Virus record (IMG/VR): IMGVR_UViG_3300020598_000119
Length of the DNA: 64,000 nt
Source: a virus
Taxonomy: Duplodnaviria; Caudoviricetes
Strand: one strand, 5' to 3'
Shown: positions 1-10,889 of the stretch, in pieces
How positions within the stretch are numbered: the stretch's first letter is position 1
Layout: each line of letters starts with the position of its first letter
Program-made: the position numbers and the translations under genes
The notes under the pieces: model-generated
Database searches by the model: none
Seen by the model: only the letters and a program-made list of their open reading frames with translations
Told to the model about the DNA's origin: nothing

Positions 1-28
1 GTTAATAACTCTGAATTGGCGGGTAATA

Positions 29-706
29 ATGCCAACATCGCATGGAACAATCGCTATTACGGCTCGTGGCGACGGTAGCCGTTGGTATGGTCGAATATCT
101 ATTTCACTTGAAATGGCGCAGCAAATTTCGATCAAAGAAGGTGACCGTGTTTCTGCTCGATTTACTGAAGAAGGCATTATCATTTACGCGGACGAAAACG
201 GTCGCATAAAGATACCCGCTGCAAAAGGTAAGAACGACAAAAAGCATGCGTTTGAGGCCGCAACCACCACTCTAGGATTGAAGGAAGTGAAGCTTTCCCA
301 GCAAGCGGTTGGGACAGAAGTCGTCGACGATACAATCCTCATCAGAGTTCCATCCGAATACCTTGCTGGGGATAACCCTAAGAAGAGAAAGCCGCGCAAG
401 AAAGCCATAAAAAGCGTACAGCCTCAGCAGAAGCGAGAAATCTACCCAGCCTTTACTCAGCATCGAGTCTTTGGTTCCGCTGCAGCAATCGTCACCGAAG
501 CTAATCGCTCAGGCAAGAAGGTTCGTCCGATGAACCTTCAAGAAATCATTGATTTGCTTATCAAAGACGGGCAAGATGTAAAGGTACTCGGCCCGAGGTT
601 CTTCAAACTGAACGGTCAGAGTGTCACACCTTCTGACCTTGCCGACACCGCGAATAAAATTTCCGGTTGCACTGACCAAGATCGCATCATTCTCGTAATG
701 GACTGA
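29..706 (+). CDS. hypothetical protein, possible AbrB-like N-terminus
   Basis: 225-aa ORF; 'ISIKEGDRVSARFTEEGIII' resembles an AbrB/MazE fold. Confidence 0.45.
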   Translation: MPTSHGTIAITARGDGSRWYGRISISLEMAQQISIKEGDRVSARFTEEGIIIYADENGRIKIPAAKGKNDKKHAFEAATTTLGLKEVKLSQQAVGTEVVDDTILIRVPSEYLAGDNPKKRKPRKKAIKSVQPQQKREIYPAFTQHRVFGSAAAIVTEANRSGKKVRPMNLQEIIDLLIKDGQDVKVLGPRFFKLNGQSVTPSDLADTANKISGCTDQDRIILVMD

Positions 707-710
707 TTGA

Positions 711-1220
711 ATGGCTCTGAAATACATAGAAGGCGACCTGTTTAAATCGAACCCGAAGGTAATTCTTCATGGATGCAACATGAAGGGTGGTTTCGGCAGT
801 GGTTTCGCTGGGGTCCTGAAGAACCTGTACCCCGAAGCGGCAAACGCCTATTATTCAGCTTTCAAGAACAATAATCTCTATCTTGGCACAGTACTCTGGG
901 TTGAAGCACGTGGAGTGCTGATCGGAAATTGCCTAACGCAGCCGACATTTGGACGGGACGGGAAACAGCACGTTAGCTATGAAGCCTTCGAATCCTGTAT
1001 GAGGCATGTTAATCAAGCCGCAGAAGATGGCATCCCTGGAACCAGTTTCGAAGAAGGATTTTCCGAGGTATCAATGCCCATGATCGGAGCCGATCTCGGA
1101 GGAGGAGACTGGAATAAGCTGGGTCAAATCATCGCTGAACAACTGACTGTCGTCCATCCAACGGTCTTTGTTCTTCCTGGCCGTAAATATGATATTTCTC
1201 GCCTGCCTACCTTCGGTTGA
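711..1220 (+). CDS. macro-domain (ADP-ribose/Appr-1-p processing) protein
   Basis: 'YIEGDLF...HGCN..GGFGSGFA' and 'MPMIGADLGGGDW' macro-domain motifs. Confidence 0.85.
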   Translation: MALKYIEGDLFKSNPKVILHGCNMKGGFGSGFAGVLKNLYPEAANAYYSAFKNNNLYLGTVLWVEARGVLIGNCLTQPTFGRDGKQHVSYEAFESCMRHVNQAAEDGIPGTSFEEGFSEVSMPMIGADLGGGDWNKLGQIIAEQLTVVHPTVFVLPGRKYDISRLPTFG

Positions 1221-1246
1221 TTGACAAATATCAAGTGATGTGATTT

Positions 1247-1278
1247 AAAACTCCGCACATTCAAATGCGGAGTTTTTT
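1247..1278 (+). terminator. intrinsic terminator
   Basis: AAAACTCCGCA..TGCGGAGTTTTTT hairpin plus U-tract. Confidence 0.6.
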
Positions 1279-1283
1279 GCTTC

Positions 1284-1883
1284 ATGGCAAGATATGGATC
1301 AGGCGGCAAATATTGGAATGTCGGCCTCAGCAACTTTGGCATGTTGGCTGCGACAGAACGTCAGCAATTCCTCCTGCAGAAGCTAACTGGTATCAGTCAT
1401 CGCAACCGTGGTCTCACCCGCGATCAGGCAGATGAGCTAATCGGCGAAGCCATCAAGGAGCGAGAAAAAAAACGCGAGGGACTAACTGATCTCGCGGACA
1501 AGCTCCTGTCGTCAATATACAAGCAAGCGATTGACGCCGCCAATGAGGCTGGGGAGAAGTGGCTCGCATCTCACCAAGAGATTCAATTCGTCATCAACGA
1601 TCCCGAGACGGGAACCAAGATCGGGGTCTATGGCGAGATTGGGAAAGCATGGATCACCTGGCCTAAACCGACCAGTGCTCTCTACAAATGGCTAATGAAG
1701 GAAATGTACGACGGCCAGAAGAAGGAGATCCGTATCCCACATCGTTACGCTGACAGGCTCGAAGGTGAGCTACAGCTGGCCTGCGAGGCGGCTGCTTATG
1801 CAGCCCTCAAGAGATCAGGAAGCTCCGTTGGCGACATCAGGTTGATGTATCGCCACGAAGACAAGTCACATCAAGCAGCGTAG
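1284..1883 (+). CDS. hypothetical protein
   Basis: 199-aa ORF, no recognised motif. Confidence 0.55.
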   Translation: MARYGSGGKYWNVGLSNFGMLAATERQQFLLQKLTGISHRNRGLTRDQADELIGEAIKEREKKREGLTDLADKLLSSIYKQAIDAANEAGEKWLASHQEIQFVINDPETGTKIGVYGEIGKAWITWPKPTSALYKWLMKEMYDGQKKEIRIPHRYADRLEGELQLACEAAAYAALKRSGSSVGDIRLMYRHEDKSHQAA

Positions 1884-2473
1884 ACGCTACGGTTCTCAAG
1901 CACGCGTTCTAGGAAGCCTCGAACACGGGCTGCCACTTCAGACTCGAACTCACGACGCTTGCCGTCTTCATTCACGATGTCGATGATCGTGAGTTCGTCA
2001 GACTGCACCCAAGTCCGACAGTCATTCGAGAAATCATGGCCGTCCTTGTGAATGCGCAGAACCAGCACGTTCTCCCTACCAAGTGAATTGGCGACAGCCA
2101 GTGCCTCCATGTCATCACCGACGTCTGGATTGAGGATAACAGACGCCTTAGAGGCATGAATGGCTTCGACAAACAGCTTGGCCACGGCGTTGATGCCGCT
2201 CACCTTCTTAAGATTGGTCGATGTGTCGATGTAGGCCTGTCGAGGAGTCTTGCCACCAAATTCCGGCAGAGGCGTATCCTTGTTGATCTCGTATGCGTCC
2301 TGAGCACACTCCAAGCCGTGATTACGGTGCGTGAGGTCTTTGACAGGGCCTGTGAATTTAATGATTTCGAAGTCTTCAACAATCGTGTCGACGAGGGCAT
2401 TTACGGCAGTATCTTTACCAGCACGCGGAGGGCCATTAAATAGAATGGCTATTTTCCCATTTTCATGAGCCAT
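1871..2473 (-). CDS. P-loop kinase, phage dNMP-kinase-like
   Basis: 'FNGPPRAGKDT', 'KFTGPVK', 'KTPRQAYI'; start taken at MAHENGK. Confidence 0.7.
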   Translation of the reverse strand: MAHENGKIAILFNGPPRAGKDTAVNALVDTIVEDFEIIKFTGPVKDLTHRNHGLECAQDAYEINKDTPLPEFGGKTPRQAYIDTSTNLKKVSGINAVAKLFVEAIHASKASVILNPDVGDDMEALAVANSLGRENVLVLRIHKDGHDFSNDCRTWVQSDELTIIDIVNEDGKRREFESEVAARVRGFLERVLENRSVYAA

Positions 2474-2560
2474 TTCAAAACCTTGCAAAATGTGGATTTC
2501 CAGTGTCATTCTTATGCTGGTTTTTCTATCCAAATATGTCAACCAGAAACCCAATAAATA

Positions 2561-3166
2561 TTAGGCTTCAGAAGATTTTCTACGAGATTTAGGAGGCCTT
2601 TTGGCCAAGACATATTCTGTATGGCCATTATGACCACGATCCCATACGCACCAAATTACTTCCATAGTTGGACGTTTTAAATTCATGAAATCCGGACGCC
2701 ATGTAAGTGCAATTATTTTCGAAGGGGGATGCTGTTCAAATAATGCATGTCGCGATTTAGCGTGCCAGAACGACGCTTTAAGCAGCATCGCCATATAATC
2801 GGGCTTCAAAGAAAGGACATGCTTGATAATAGGCCCCGCAATATTGAAAGGCGGATTTGTAATTACGTTTGGAGCTGGGAGTTTTTCCATTTTCATGATG
2901 TCATATTCCGGCCCGTGCCCGACGCCATAGCCTCGATAGTGCAAGTCAGTGCCGATAACCTCGTGGCCGTGCCGTTCCAAAACTTTTGCTAAAGCGCCAT
3001 CTCCGCAACAAGGCTCGGATATTGGCCCCTGAATCCGGTTTAAATGAGGGATAAGCACTTCTGTCACTTCGTCAGGGGTCGGATACCAATCAGCGTGCTG
3101 CCTCGGTCGTTCCGCCCCTGTTCCCCGCTTGCCGCCAGCCATAGCGGCACCAATACCTGTGACCAT
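2561..3166 (-). CDS. SAM-dependent DNA amino-methyltransferase (phage/plasmid type)
   Basis: 'DWYPTP', 'EPCCGDG' SAM motif, 'TNPPF' catalytic motif. Confidence 0.8.
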   Translation of the reverse strand: MVTGIGAAMAGGKRGTGAERPRQHADWYPTPDEVTEVLIPHLNRIQGPISEPCCGDGALAKVLERHGHEVIGTDLHYRGYGVGHGPEYDIMKMEKLPAPNVITNPPFNIAGPIIKHVLSLKPDYMAMLLKASFWHAKSRHALFEQHPPSKIIALTWRPDFMNLKRPTMEVIWCVWDRGHNGHTEYVLAKRPPKSRRKSSEA

Positions 3167-3168
3167 TA

Positions 3169-5802
3169 TTAATCGTCCTCATCCTGCAGAAGGGAGGTCA
3201 GGAAGTCTTCTACAGGCGCACTGTTCGGGTCCCAAGAACCGTCACCACCGTCGTCGTCCTTACCGTCATCTCCGTCATCGTTAAATACATGTACGGCCGA
3301 AGCGGATGCAGTTGCTGAAGTCGCGATATCACTCTTCGTGAAATCAAAATCATCCTCAATCTCATCACCATCATCCGACGAAAGAGCTTCTTCGATATAA
3401 TTATCAACGCTCTCCCTAGTCTCTACTTTTTCATCAAAATTCAGAGCTGCCAAGGTTTTTAGGACATTTTGGTTTGATGACATTCTATCCGTCATCTTCT
3501 GAATATCTCCCCCGACCTCAGTGCCATGAGGAACATCCTTTTTCATACCGCTATTAATCGGCCTCGGGCGCGAAGCAAATGGCGGTCGACCCTGTTCTTC
3601 CGGCTCAGGGCTAAACTCTTCGGGCATAGATTCCGGTCGTGAACGACGAGCGGTTCCAGGTCGACTTTCGCTAGGAACTTTTGCGCCATCGTCGAACGGA
3701 ATATTCTCGATGTCCTGTGGGACACTGTGCTCACCAGGCACCCCTGCCCCAGTAGCCGCACCAATTTCACGCGCATAAGCCTGTGACGTCTTGCGGTTCT
3801 CGGCGTTGAGCTTCGCGTAAGCGATACAGGTGATATCTGCACGGTGAGCTGGGGCACGCTTGGAGGCTTCAATTTCCTTCAGCGAATGCGCGATAATACC
3901 AATGTCAGTATCCGTGGCGATATTCTGCATCGCATTGGCAGCCATGATTTTGACCTGCTTCGCAAATTCTGGGTCAGCCATTTTTGCGATAATTTCAGGT
4001 AATTTCTGTTGTTTTTCGATCTCTTCGCGATCAGGTTTTGCCACTGTGATGAAATAGTTGGCTCGCAGCTTCAAATTGTTCTTGTTAACTGCGCCTTCTG
4101 GATTCGCGTAGAACGATTTTGCTCGAACGACCCAGCCCTTATGAATGATGTGCATTTCACCTTCGTCCTGATCTTTCAGGTCGAGCGGATTAATGCGATC
4201 AACTTCTTCGGCACCAGCCTTCATGTCATCCCGATAAGAGCGGCCGCCAACTTCTCCAGGCTTGCCATCAAAGTTTTTCATGCGGGCTAGCCACATTTTG
4301 CCTGCAGCTTTGACACCAAGTTCTGCAGTGTCTTCGTCTTCAGTTCTCATGATGATCTTGGTGTTGGTGTTACCGCGCACCGAACCAAAAACCTTCTCGT
4401 TCAAGCTCTTCATAGCGTTGATGTCCTGACCCGCGAAGATCAGAGAGAAACCAAGCGAACGAGCCTGCGCAGCCATGAGATCCATACCGTCGACCATGTA
4501 ATAACCCACCTCGTCGAGAACGACGATGAACGGGCTAGGCGAGTTGGTTGGGCGATTGACAACGACGGAGTCCCAAGTGCCTTCAATTTCAGAACCGAGG
4601 GTACCACCCATCATGCCCTTCAACGTGGCCACGACGATCTTGCCGAGGTTGGCAATTTCGTCTCGTGATTTTTCGAGGGCAGGAAGCATAATAACAAGGA
4701 TACGGCGATTAAGAACAACGTCAGCCATATCGATCTCACCATACGGCGTATGGAAGATGTGTCCATAAACGTCAGCAAGAGAACCAAGTATCTTGGTAAA
4801 CTGCATTTCAAGGTAGCCGTGCTGGTCAAGTGTAGTCTGAGACTGTTTGTATCCCTTGTCTTCCTGGAAGCCCGGAAGTGAGGTCATATATGAACGAATG
4901 CTTTTGCGGATTGAAGGCGGCATCTCTTGGTACTTGTCTTTATCTGCCAAGTCGATAATGCGCTTCAACTGAAGATGGTCGCGAATTTCTGAAACGTTGA
5001 GGTCGATATAATTGTTGTCACGCAGCCAGGTCAGAGCGCGCATGACACCCGTAAACATAGCAGCAGCACGACCTTTCCACATCGCCCCGTCGCCGCCAGC
5101 GTCGTCCATAAGGCCGACAACCATCTGAGTGAGCGTATCCGAAGAACCAGTGGCGAACGGGTTCAGCGTGTTGGACATGAGCTTTCCGCCACCGCCGCCG
5201 ATGTCCTGGTTGCCTGTCATGTAGTTGAGAACGAGGAGGTCGTCTTCGCGGCCGAAACGACGGCACAAAGCATAGACCTTCGAAAAGAGAGCAACGTCAC
5301 CCTTACCGTCACAAAAGAGAAAACCGGAACCCCAAGCGACAGCATTAGCTGCGAAGCCGAGCAGGGCTTCGGTCTTACCAGCACCAGTCGTACCCAAAAC
5401 AAGAAAATGCTGACGGCAATCAGAGTTGGTAAGCCAAACTTCTTTTGCCGTTTTCAGCTCATTGCCTAAGAAAAAAATGCCCTGTGCTATCGAAGGCTTA
5501 GAAGTGGCAGGGTGTCGCTCATTAGCGTCCATCATTTTTGATTGAATAGGCAATTTGAGTGGAGAGGTCTCCTCTTGCTTCAAACCAAACCACGTAAATA
5601 AACACGCAAAGATCAGACATAAATCTGCGACGGCTGGTATGATAAATGCGAGCGCAGCAAAAAATAGCAGAAAAGTTGCCAGATTTTGCGGCACCTTCAG
5701 CCAATCGACAATTTTCTTGCTTAGTGGCCGTGCGTCTCTAGCGAGATCTATAGCCCTAATTTCTTGCCTGCCCTCAGGGCCTCGCATTTGTTTCTGGGAC
5801 AT
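3169..5802 (-). CDS. type IVB secretion/conjugation coupling protein (IcmO/DotL/TrbC family)
   Basis: N-terminal TM helices, Walker A 'GTTGAGKT', 'DGKGD', 'LDEVGYY', 'AQARSLGFS..FAGQD', acidic tail. Confidence 0.9.
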   Translation of the reverse strand: MSQKQMRGPEGRQEIRAIDLARDARPLSKKIVDWLKVPQNLATFLLFFAALAFIIPAVADLCLIFACLFTWFGLKQEETSPLKLPIQSKMMDANERHPATSKPSIAQGIFFLGNELKTAKEVWLTNSDCRQHFLVLGTTGAGKTEALLGFAANAVAWGSGFLFCDGKGDVALFSKVYALCRRFGREDDLLVLNYMTGNQDIGGGGGKLMSNTLNPFATGSSDTLTQMVVGLMDDAGGDGAMWKGRAAAMFTGVMRALTWLRDNNYIDLNVSEIRDHLQLKRIIDLADKDKYQEMPPSIRKSIRSYMTSLPGFQEDKGYKQSQTTLDQHGYLEMQFTKILGSLADVYGHIFHTPYGEIDMADVVLNRRILVIMLPALEKSRDEIANLGKIVVATLKGMMGGTLGSEIEGTWDSVVVNRPTNSPSPFIVVLDEVGYYMVDGMDLMAAQARSLGFSLIFAGQDINAMKSLNEKVFGSVRGNTNTKIIMRTEDEDTAELGVKAAGKMWLARMKNFDGKPGEVGGRSYRDDMKAGAEEVDRINPLDLKDQDEGEMHIIHKGWVVRAKSFYANPEGAVNKNNLKLRANYFITVAKPDREEIEKQQKLPEIIAKMADPEFAKQVKIMAANAMQNIATDTDIGIIAHSLKEIEASKRAPAHRADITCIAYAKLNAENRKTSQAYAREIGAATGAGVPGEHSVPQDIENIPFDDGAKVPSESRPGTARRSRPESMPEEFSPEPEEQGRPPFASRPRPINSGMKKDVPHGTEVGGDIQKMTDRMSSNQNVLKTLAALNFDEKVETRESVDNYIEEALSSDDGDEIEDDFDFTKSDIATSATASASAVHVFNDDGDDGKDDDGGDGSWDPNSAPVEDFLTSLLQDEDD

Positions 5803-6102
5803 TGAATCCCCTTCATAAAACAGCCTATGGAATGAATTTTAAAGCCACACATCCACCGGCAACAGCCTTTCCAACGATTCTGACTAATCAATTGTAATCC
5901 TTCAAGCATTTATTTAATTATCCGAAATCTTCGGTCCACACAGAAGATTAATGCGAATTTCAAAGGAAAAATGCTTGATTTACGGAATTAAAGGGGGTAT
6001 TAAAGCCTTCATGCGCATTGAGCGCCTCAACTATCATCAACATCTAACCGTACTGGAGTAAGCATGCAGGGCCTTAATTCTCGATCTCCCCACCCCAACG
6101 GA

Positions 6103-6264
6103 ATGGCTCAGCGTCGTCGACGCAAGAAATACAAACTGAAACCAGGGCATCCTACTGATCAAGAACTCATTGCAAGCTATCTGGCAAACGAAGGTAAAGT
6201 CACTCAATGCCCTCCTGGTCGCGCTATCGGCTCCATGCAGTCCCAATGTTTCGGACTCGAATAA
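6103..6264 (+). CDS. small basic hypothetical protein
   Basis: 'ELIASYLANEGKVTQCPPG' resembles small phage/plasmid proteins; start uncertain (6064 or 6103). Confidence 0.35.
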   Translation: MAQRRRRKKYKLKPGHPTDQELIASYLANEGKVTQCPPGRAIGSMQSQCFGLE

Positions 6265-6356
6265 TACCGATTTAATTCGCTTTGAATTGCGGACGCCTCC
6301 AAAAGAACTTGCTCGGCAAATTTCATTTATCAAAACGGCGTTCGCAATCATCATTT

Positions 6357-6932
6357 CTAAGTCGAAAAATCGGCGACAGTTTCAATATCGCCCCGATCAA
6401 TCGCACCAGGAATAATCCTGACTTGAGAGCCAATTGAATATACAAGCGTAGGCGTTTTTATCCCCATCCCAGTATCCCTGATAATTAATGAAGCCAGTGT
6501 CGTCGCTACAAGGTAATCCTGTCTGTCGGCTAAAGGCGTTTCCTCTTTCGTTGACCCCATCTTTATAGGCTGAAACATATCAGGGATAAGAGCAGCGCGC
6601 GGGTCAGCCATAATCTGCTGCACGGCATTACTACCTTCCGGCTGCCCTCCAGAAAATGGTATCCATGCGAAAGTCACCCTTCCGCTTGCAATCACACCTC
6701 TGCTCGCTTCGTATAGTTCTAGCGATTTTGGACACCACGGCGTTGTGAGAACATAAACCACATTCGCTACATGCCCATCCTGCACATGTGGCATGGCTTT
6801 GAATGCGTTTAACAATTCGGGCGATGCGGACCATCCGACGCGAGCAAATGCTTTCGTCACGAACATCGATGCGCCTAGTCCTCCAATGAATCCTCGCCTT
6901 GTAATACGAGAAAATTGTTTATCGATGTTCAT
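6357..6932 (-). CDS. Tat-exported thioredoxin-fold protein (DsbG/TrbB-like, single Cys)
   Basis: 'TRRGFIG' Tat signal, 'YVLTTPWCPKS', 'IKTPTLVY' cis-Pro loop. Confidence 0.6.
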   Translation of the reverse strand: MNIDKQFSRITRRGFIGGLGASMFVTKAFARVGWSASPELLNAFKAMPHVQDGHVANVVYVLTTPWCPKSLELYEASRGVIASGRVTFAWIPFSGGQPEGSNAVQQIMADPRAALIPDMFQPIKMGSTKEETPLADRQDYLVATTLASLIIRDTGMGIKTPTLVYSIGSQVRIIPGAIDRGDIETVADFST

Positions 6933-7020
6933 TTTTAAGCCCTTCCGGCACCAGTGTTATTGAGTAATTATCTAACAAAGAATACCTTCTGAGAAGTCTC
7001 AGATCGGAATTGGAGTAAAA

Positions 7021-7758
7021 ATGCGCTGTACCTTCGCGTTGCTAGGTCTATTGATGTCGATGTCGACTGCTCACACTGCCCCTCAAGGATCGTGGCCGGA
7101 TGAAGCATCCTACATTTCGCTATCAAAAAAGTCATGGGTTCTAGTTATTCCAGCTCGGAGATCCGAAACTGGAGACATCGTTCTCTGGGACAAGGACGAC
7201 GATTGGCTCCAGCAATGGATCGTTCCGCGCCAAACCCCTTCTGGGACGAAGACGGTAGCCATCACTGGTGATGCAGACGACAAACGTATGGTTCTCGGGT
7301 GGCACCTTGAGAACATGGATGTCAACGCGCTGAACAAGCTCGCTGGAAAGTACAAGGCACCCGCTATCGCAGTTGCCGTTAAAGACGCATCGCAGCAAGT
7401 GGCAGTCGCAGGATGGGTGTCAGGAGAAGGCGCTGCCTGGAGATTTGTCAGCTCATCTGGTGCTACACGGGAGTCCGCCCTCGGGGTGATCGATGAAATC
7501 TTCAGCGGGTACTCGGAGCCAAACGAGATCGCTGTCGCCCAAGACAAGGTTGAGATCACAGGCCAGCGTTTCAATGATGGCTGGACCGAATATCGATTGG
7601 AGTCCTTCGATCAGCCATCATTAGAAAGATTATACAGCATTCCAGGCGTAGAGGTGATGGGAACGCTAGATGCAAATAACCCGTCTGTAATCGTCAGAGT
7701 TACAGACGGGAGAGATATTGAGACGGTCTTGCGGTCCGCAGGTATTTCTTACCGGTAG
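7021..7758 (+). CDS. secreted protein, possibly DUF2066-like
   Basis: signal peptide; 245 aa. Confidence 0.5.
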   Translation: MRCTFALLGLLMSMSTAHTAPQGSWPDEASYISLSKKSWVLVIPARRSETGDIVLWDKDDDWLQQWIVPRQTPSGTKTVAITGDADDKRMVLGWHLENMDVNALNKLAGKYKAPAIAVAVKDASQQVAVAGWVSGEGAAWRFVSSSGATRESALGVIDEIFSGYSEPNEIAVAQDKVEITGQRFNDGWTEYRLESFDQPSLERLYSIPGVEVMGTLDANNPSVIVRVTDGRDIETVLRSAGISYR

Positions 7759-8336
7759 AACCCTGGAGAAGCAAGCTCTTCTTCATCAGACTGAGAAGAT
7801 GCGTCGAGTGCGACTGCAACGACATTGCGCTGAACCCAGTCAGTCGAAGCTTCGATATCCCAACCATCAAAACTCTCGCGAACGACACCTTCGTTGACGA
7901 TTTCGAGCATTGACGGCGTCAGTGTTGCACCATCACGCAATTCTGCGCGGAACGCCCAACGGTTGCTGTCATCCTTATGAACTGGATACAGAGTGGCAAC
8001 ACCTCCATCATAAGGCAGGAACAGCGTCCCTTCATTGCCCCGACGAAATTGATTGTCTTCGGAGGCGAATTGTAAGAGAGCCGCCTTCATGCGGTTGTAT
8101 CCGGTAGCGTAGTCAGTTCCCTTTTCGTCTACCGACTTGAAGCCAGACTGATAGCCAATTTCCTGCGCGAGATCAGCGGCACCAACGCCCTTGTCGAACG
8201 ATGTTTTGAGCAGCTGATTGTCGTCATGCAGGTCATTTTTGACCTCAGAATAGGTCACACCAAAACGCTGCTGCATCACTGTGTTGATTTCCCTCTGATA
8301 TGCAAAAAATGCTTTCGCATTGTCTCCGGCCATCAT
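7749..8336 (-). CDS. hypothetical protein
   Basis: ORF; start taken at MMAGDNAK. Confidence 0.5.
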   Translation of the reverse strand: MMAGDNAKAFFAYQREINTVMQQRFGVTYSEVKNDLHDDNQLLKTSFDKGVGAADLAQEIGYQSGFKSVDEKGTDYATGYNRMKAALLQFASEDNQFRRGNEGTLFLPYDGGVATLYPVHKDDSNRWAFRAELRDGATLTPSMLEIVNEGVVRESFDGWDIEASTDWVQRNVVAVALDASSQSDEEELASPGFYR

Positions 8337-8419
8337 CGTCTCCAATTTTCGCTTCCGCCACCTAGGCGGGGTTCTAAGAGTAAAATCATTCTTCGTCTTG
8401 CAAGGATCAAACGCATTCC

Positions 8420-9751
8420 TCAAAAATTCATCGTGCCGAGCAGGCTTTCGAGCGCGTCCTCGTCATCCGCCGACAATGTGGACACATCGTTTGCTGGCAT
8501 AAACGAAGCTGGACCTAGCTTTCGCTCTACTGCCACCCGCGTGATCACCGTTTCAGGAATACCTTCAAAATATCCCCGCTCACACAGACGATGTTTTTTC
8601 ACGGTGCCACGAAGGACATACGCTTCCCCTTGGTCCAGTTTTGAGGTGCCGCTCGCCTTCCAGCTCAGGAGGTTGTTATCGGCATCTATCATGGTGATGT
8701 AGCTGACCGTGCCATAATGCCCTTCAAACTCTTTGACACTGAACACCTTGCCGACGAATTCAAAACGTTCACCGACGTCACGTACGGGTAGCGAGCGTTC
8801 AACTAGTGAACGAACGTTGGCGGCTTTTTGGTCACGCTTCAGCTTTTCAATATAGGAGCTGGCTGCAGCGGTAAGCATGGCTACATCATGCATGCTGGCA
8901 TACTTCTTCATCGTTGCCGCTACGACATTACGATTGAAATCTCGGTCGGAATTGTTGACGAAATGCTGAACGAGATTGTCGGCCGCGAGAAAGTCCGCCT
9001 CCGTGACCAAAATCTCATCATCACCGAGGTCATCTCGACGATATTTTACGAGATCCGTCATGACATGCCGCCACGAAGCGTCAATGTGATCCAGCTTGGC
9101 CTGGCTGGAACTGACAAACCCATGATCGCTGACATGTCGGATCGCAACCGCGAGAACAAGGCGCACGTCCTCATCAAAAGCCATTGGATCGGCTTCAGGA
9201 TTTTCATCAGCGAACTGCTTGATCGAATGCAAAATCTTGCCGACTTCCTGCAGTCCTTCATGAAACGCATGGCCAAGTCGATAGCCCGTAAAGGCCTCTA
9301 CGCAGCTCGAACCGACTTCAAAATGCCTATCGTCTTTGTTGTTCTGCAAAACCCACGAGATAGAGCGATTACGGCTATAGCCGCAATGGTCACAGCACAG
9401 CTTGTCTCGACATCCAATTTCAACTGGAATACAACCGAAATTCGAAGTGACAACATCACCTTCTTTATTTCGCTTGTAATATCGAGAGCCAACGAAAGAA
9501 AAATCTCCCACGTCAGGCGAAAAGTTTGCCAATCTAACAACTGCCATTCGAGAGACTACACGTCGAGTCTGAGATGAATTCCCGTTGATCCGTGCTAGGG
9601 CGTCGTGAACGTAATGCTCACGCTCAATCACTTGTTCCACATTCATAGTAGGAACAGGCAAACCGCTCTTGCGAGCGCGCAAGGCCGCCTTATTGACACG
9701 CCCTTGCACGCCGATAACCTTATTTTCTGGCAATTCAAATATAAGTTCCAC
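8420..9751 (-). CDS. phage-like protein with Zn-binding motif and C-terminal OB-fold-like region
   Basis: 'CDHCG..R.R', 'VGSSC', C-terminal 'GTVKKH...T.ITR'; GTG start after AGGAG. Confidence 0.6.
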   Translation of the reverse strand: MELIFELPENKVIGVQGRVNKAALRARKSGLPVPTMNVEQVIEREHYVHDALARINGNSSQTRRVVSRMAVVRLANFSPDVGDFSFVGSRYYKRNKEGDVVTSNFGCIPVEIGCRDKLCCDHCGYSRNRSISWVLQNNKDDRHFEVGSSCVEAFTGYRLGHAFHEGLQEVGKILHSIKQFADENPEADPMAFDEDVRLVLAVAIRHVSDHGFVSSSQAKLDHIDASWRHVMTDLVKYRRDDLGDDEILVTEADFLAADNLVQHFVNNSDRDFNRNVVAATMKKYASMHDVAMLTAAASSYIEKLKRDQKAANVRSLVERSLPVRDVGERFEFVGKVFSVKEFEGHYGTVSYITMIDADNNLLSWKASGTSKLDQGEAYVLRGTVKKHRLCERGYFEGIPETVITRVAVERKLGPASFMPANDVSTLSADDEDALESLLGTMNF

Positions 9752-10034
9752 GACTAGGACTCCTATCCGTGAAATCACGATAGGGAGGCACTTTGTAAGC
9801 AACAAGCGGAAAGGAAGAGGCCCTGGCAACTGAATAATTGCCAGGGCCATGCCATCGGTGAAGCGCCAACAACGTCCATTGTCCAGCACTACAATTATGA
9901 TGTTGTAGATTTGTTCCCACATTGGCAAGGGTTTATTTGTAAAAATTATTGACTAAATTCACGGACTTAGAAAATCGTGGTAATTTGCAGAATTTCTATC
10001 CACTCTAATTTTAAACTAGGAAGGCGAGGGTAAT

Positions 10035-10889
10035 ATGCGGCGAGCACAGAGCGTAAAGCTGATCAAGGACGAAAATGGCAACGCATATGCGGTCCACCTT
10101 GAGGCCGACCATTGCGCCGAACACGAATGGGGCATCGAGCGCATCCATATGTTCCTGGAAGCTCCTGTCACTGAACAGGACGGCATTGGTCGCTACACCA
10201 TGGCAGCAGACGACTATACCAAGGAACGCGTGCGTCGCCTGACCGTGGCATCGTCAAAAATCGAGACCTACTACGAATGGAACACCGATACTCATCGCGT
10301 CAGCAAGGTCAAGGGCACCGTTGCGCGGCTTCGTTTCGGCTATCCTGATGAAAAGCCTAGCGGGAAAAGCGACATACGATCTGACACCAAGATGAACGGA
10401 GCCTTCGACAGCGGAGGATTCGAGGTCGCAGGTTTCTCTGATGAATCCCGCGCGTTCATTAAACAACTGCACGCTGCACTACTTGCAGGCGATTTCGCGG
10501 CCCATATGGGCGGTAGAGCAACTCCCTTCGGCGGGGGAGGCCTCAACCTGTCGATTCCTTCATTGATACCAGAAGCCGTGAAGGATGACGTCCTCAACGC
10601 TCATCTTGACCACAAGCGCTTGATGGAAGCTGCAAAGGCAACTGGCATCTATGAGATTCTTGATACTGTCAAAGACCGTGGCGAATTCGGCTATTTTGCT
10701 TTGTCTCCACGCTGGGCATTCGATGATGAGAAGACGGCAACGGATCACCCGGTAATGTTTTGGCTCAACCCCAGTTCGAATACCGCGAACTACGGCTGGT
10801 TCACCGTTGAAGATCTGGTCTCTTGGACCAAAGGCGCAGGTCCCGTGCTGAAAGAAAAGCTCGAAAACACCAACACGATGAAGATGTAA
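10035..10889 (+). CDS. hypothetical protein
   Basis: 284-aa ORF with RBS. Confidence 0.6.
   Translation: MRRAQSVKLIKDENGNAYAVHLEADHCAEHEWGIERIHMFLEAPVTEQDGIGRYTMAADDYTKERVRRLTVASSKIETYYEWNTDTHRVSKVKGTVARLRFGYPDEKPSGKSDIRSDTKMNGAFDSGGFEVAGFSDESRAFIKQLHAALLAGDFAAHMGGRATPFGGGGLNLSIPSLIPEAVKDDVLNAHLDHKRLMEAAKATGIYEILDTVKDRGEFGYFALSPRWAFDDEKTATDHPVMFWLNPSSNTANYGWFTVEDLVSWTKGAGPVLKEKLENTNTMKM

Noticed and set aside
8828-9577. 249-aa plus-strand ORF
   Set aside because: Antisense to a better-supported gene with an RBS and motifs.
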